Source of the DNA: an uncultured delta proteobacterium
GTDB taxonomy: Bacteria; Desulfobacterota; Binatia; UBA9968
Length of the DNA: 64,000 nt
Direction of reading: 5' to 3'
Assembly (NCBI GenBank): GCA_963816145.1
Contig: CAWFJP010000003.1
Span: forward strand, 480,001-544,000
The notes under the pieces are model-generated. The model was not told where the DNA came from and made no database searches. It worked only from the letters and a program-made list of their open reading frames with translations. Both the position numbers and the translations under genes were made by a program. The first letter of the stretch is position 1; the number at the start of each line of letters is the position of its first letter. This document shows positions 62,493 to 64,000 of this stretch, in pieces.

Positions 62493-62533
62493 ACAACCCC
62501 GCTCGCGGCAACGCGGCGGGGTTGTTTTCTTTT
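62493..62533 (+). terminator. Intrinsic terminator
   Basis: ACAACCCCGC…GCGGGGTTGT stem followed by TTTCTTTT. Confidence 0.7.
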
Positions 62534-62590
62534 GTGACGGTGCAACACTTTACCCTGCAGTCAACGCGGCAGTTTCGAGGGAGCCAAAAA

Positions 62591-63451
62591 ATGCGCTTGG
62601 ATGATGAACAGGAAAGCCAGAATATCGAAGACCGCCGAGGTTCACGCGTCACCAAAACCCTCGCCGGCGGCGGCCTAGGCACTCTCGCGATCGTGCTGAT
62701 CGCGATGTTTTTTGGCATCGATCCGAGCGCGATCCTCCAGAGCGGCGGCGACTCCCAAACCAGCGTGCAGCAGCAAGCACCGCAAAATCAACAGGCGGGG
62801 ATGCGCGACGAGGGCCGCGAGTTCGTCTCGCGGGTCTTGGGCAGCAATGAGCGCGTGTGGGGCGAGATCTTCCAAAAAGCCGGGCGCCAGTATGCCGAGC
62901 CCAGACTGGTGCTTTTTACCGACAAAGTGCAATCGGCATGCGGCTTTGCAGCCGCGGCATCGGGACCGTTTTACTGCGGCAACGATCAAAAAGTTTATAT
63001 CGACCTCGCCTTCTACCGCGAGCTGCGCGAGCGCTTCAAAGCTCCCGGCGATTTCGCCCAGGCTTACGTGATCGCCCATGAAGTCGGCCACCATGTGCAA
63101 AACCTGCTCGGCATCATGGGCAAAGTACAAGCCCGCCAACAGCGCGCCAGCGAACGGGATGCCAACAACCTCTCGGTTCGATTGGAGTTGCAAGCCGACT
63201 GCCTCGCCGGCATCTGGGCGAGCCTGGCCAACCGCGACCGCAAAATCCTCGAACATGGCGACATCGAAGAGGGTTTGAACGCCGCCGCCATGATCGGCGA
63301 CGACACGCTGCAGAGACGCGCCCAAGGTTACGTCGTCCCGGAAGGCTTCACCCACGGCAGTTCCGAACAACGGGTGCGCTGGTTCCGCAAAGGATTAGAA
63401 ACCGGCGATTTGAAGCAGTGCGACACGTTTGCTGCACGGGGCGTGCTGTAA
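62591..63451 (+). CDS. ypfJ: YpfJ-family neutral zinc metallopeptidase
   Basis: SQNIEDRRG, SACG…GPFYC, AHEVGHHVQ, ELQADC, FTHGSSEQR motifs. Confidence 0.85.
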   Translation: MRLDDEQESQNIEDRRGSRVTKTLAGGGLGTLAIVLIAMFFGIDPSAILQSGGDSQTSVQQQAPQNQQAGMRDEGREFVSRVLGSNERVWGEIFQKAGRQYAEPRLVLFTDKVQSACGFAAAASGPFYCGNDQKVYIDLAFYRELRERFKAPGDFAQAYVIAHEVGHHVQNLLGIMGKVQARQQRASERDANNLSVRLELQADCLAGIWASLANRDRKILEHGDIEEGLNAAAMIGDDTLQRRAQGYVVPEGFTHGSSEQRVRWFRKGLETGDLKQCDTFAARGVL

Positions 63452-63611
63452 GAATGAAACTGTGAGATCTGGGATCGATGAGCGAACCGGGATTTCACTG
63501 ATCCTCGCGATACCCCTGCCGTTTCGACGCGGTAGTTTAAGGCGCAAAGCTCCCGCTTGATGACTCTCTTGTGCTAAAATTGCAGCCGGCATGCTAAGCA
63601 CGGAGGGCGAT

Positions 63612-64000
63612 ATGAGCTGGACTTGGGTTGTCTGCATCGATGGGACTTGGAATCAACCGGGCCAAACCGACAAAGATCCTGTAACCCAAACCGAAGTCCG
63701 CACACCGTCCAACGTCTCCAAGATCTGGCAAGCGCTGGCCAATCAACCGCTATCGGGCGAATTTCACTATGGCGTGATTGCGCCGATCCAGCCCAAGATC
63801 GTCCATACCGGGGTCCAAGGCGAAGTCATTTATCTGTCCGGCATCGGCACCACGGGCACTGTGAAACATAAAGTTTTGGAAGGCGGCACCGGCACCGGTA
63901 CCTCAGAGCGCGTGCGCGACGCTTATCGATTCCTGGCTGAGCGTTACGAAGACGGTGATAAGATTTACGGTTTTGGCTTTAGCCGCGGCGCCTTTGCCGT
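63612..64000 (+). CDS. DUF2235 (Tle1-like alpha/beta hydrolase) protein, 3'-partial
   Basis: Own translation: VVCIDGTWN…SNV…YLSGIGT…AYRFLAERYEDGDKIYGFGFSRGAFA; runs off the window end. Confidence 0.85.
   Translation, partial: MSWTWVVCIDGTWNQPGQTDKDPVTQTEVRTPSNVSKIWQALANQPLSGEFHYGVIAPIQPKIVHTGVQGEVIYLSGIGTTGTVKHKVLEGGTGTGTSERVRDAYRFLAERYEDGDKIYGFGFSRGAFA

Overview
A 64-kb bacterial chromosomal window, roughly 55-63% GC by eye. The gene style resembles uncultured Deltaproteobacteria/'Ca. Binatia' MAGs, which is inference only. Content is mostly accessory catabolism, detoxification and transport: GSTs, VOC proteins, hydantoinase A/B, an LLM oxidoreductase, a CoA-transferase/MaoC/acyl-CoA DH/CitE cluster, MFS transporters, and seven solute-binding proteins with no permease or ATPase. 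A small defence island holds a HigBA-like TA pair and a type I RM locus in which a truncated hsdM runs straight into hsdR with no hsdS. Several palindromic repeat families are present. No rRNA, tRNA, CRISPR array or integrase was seen. Scattered single-base frameshifts are probably long-read consensus errors. Best leads: (1) a GST missed by the ORF track with an in-frame UGA at the catalytic-Cys position followed by a SECIS-like hairpin, i.e. a probable selenoprotein; (2) a divergent LspA-fold membrane protein with the first catalytic Asp changed to Asn and a CxxC insert; (3) a duplicated ~211-bp structured element carrying a REP doublet; (4) REP doublets of fixed 81-bp geometry; (5) the hsdM::hsdR junction; (6) a ripABC-like itaconate/C5-dicarboxylate cluster. 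All protein family calls come from motif recognition by eye; no searches were run.
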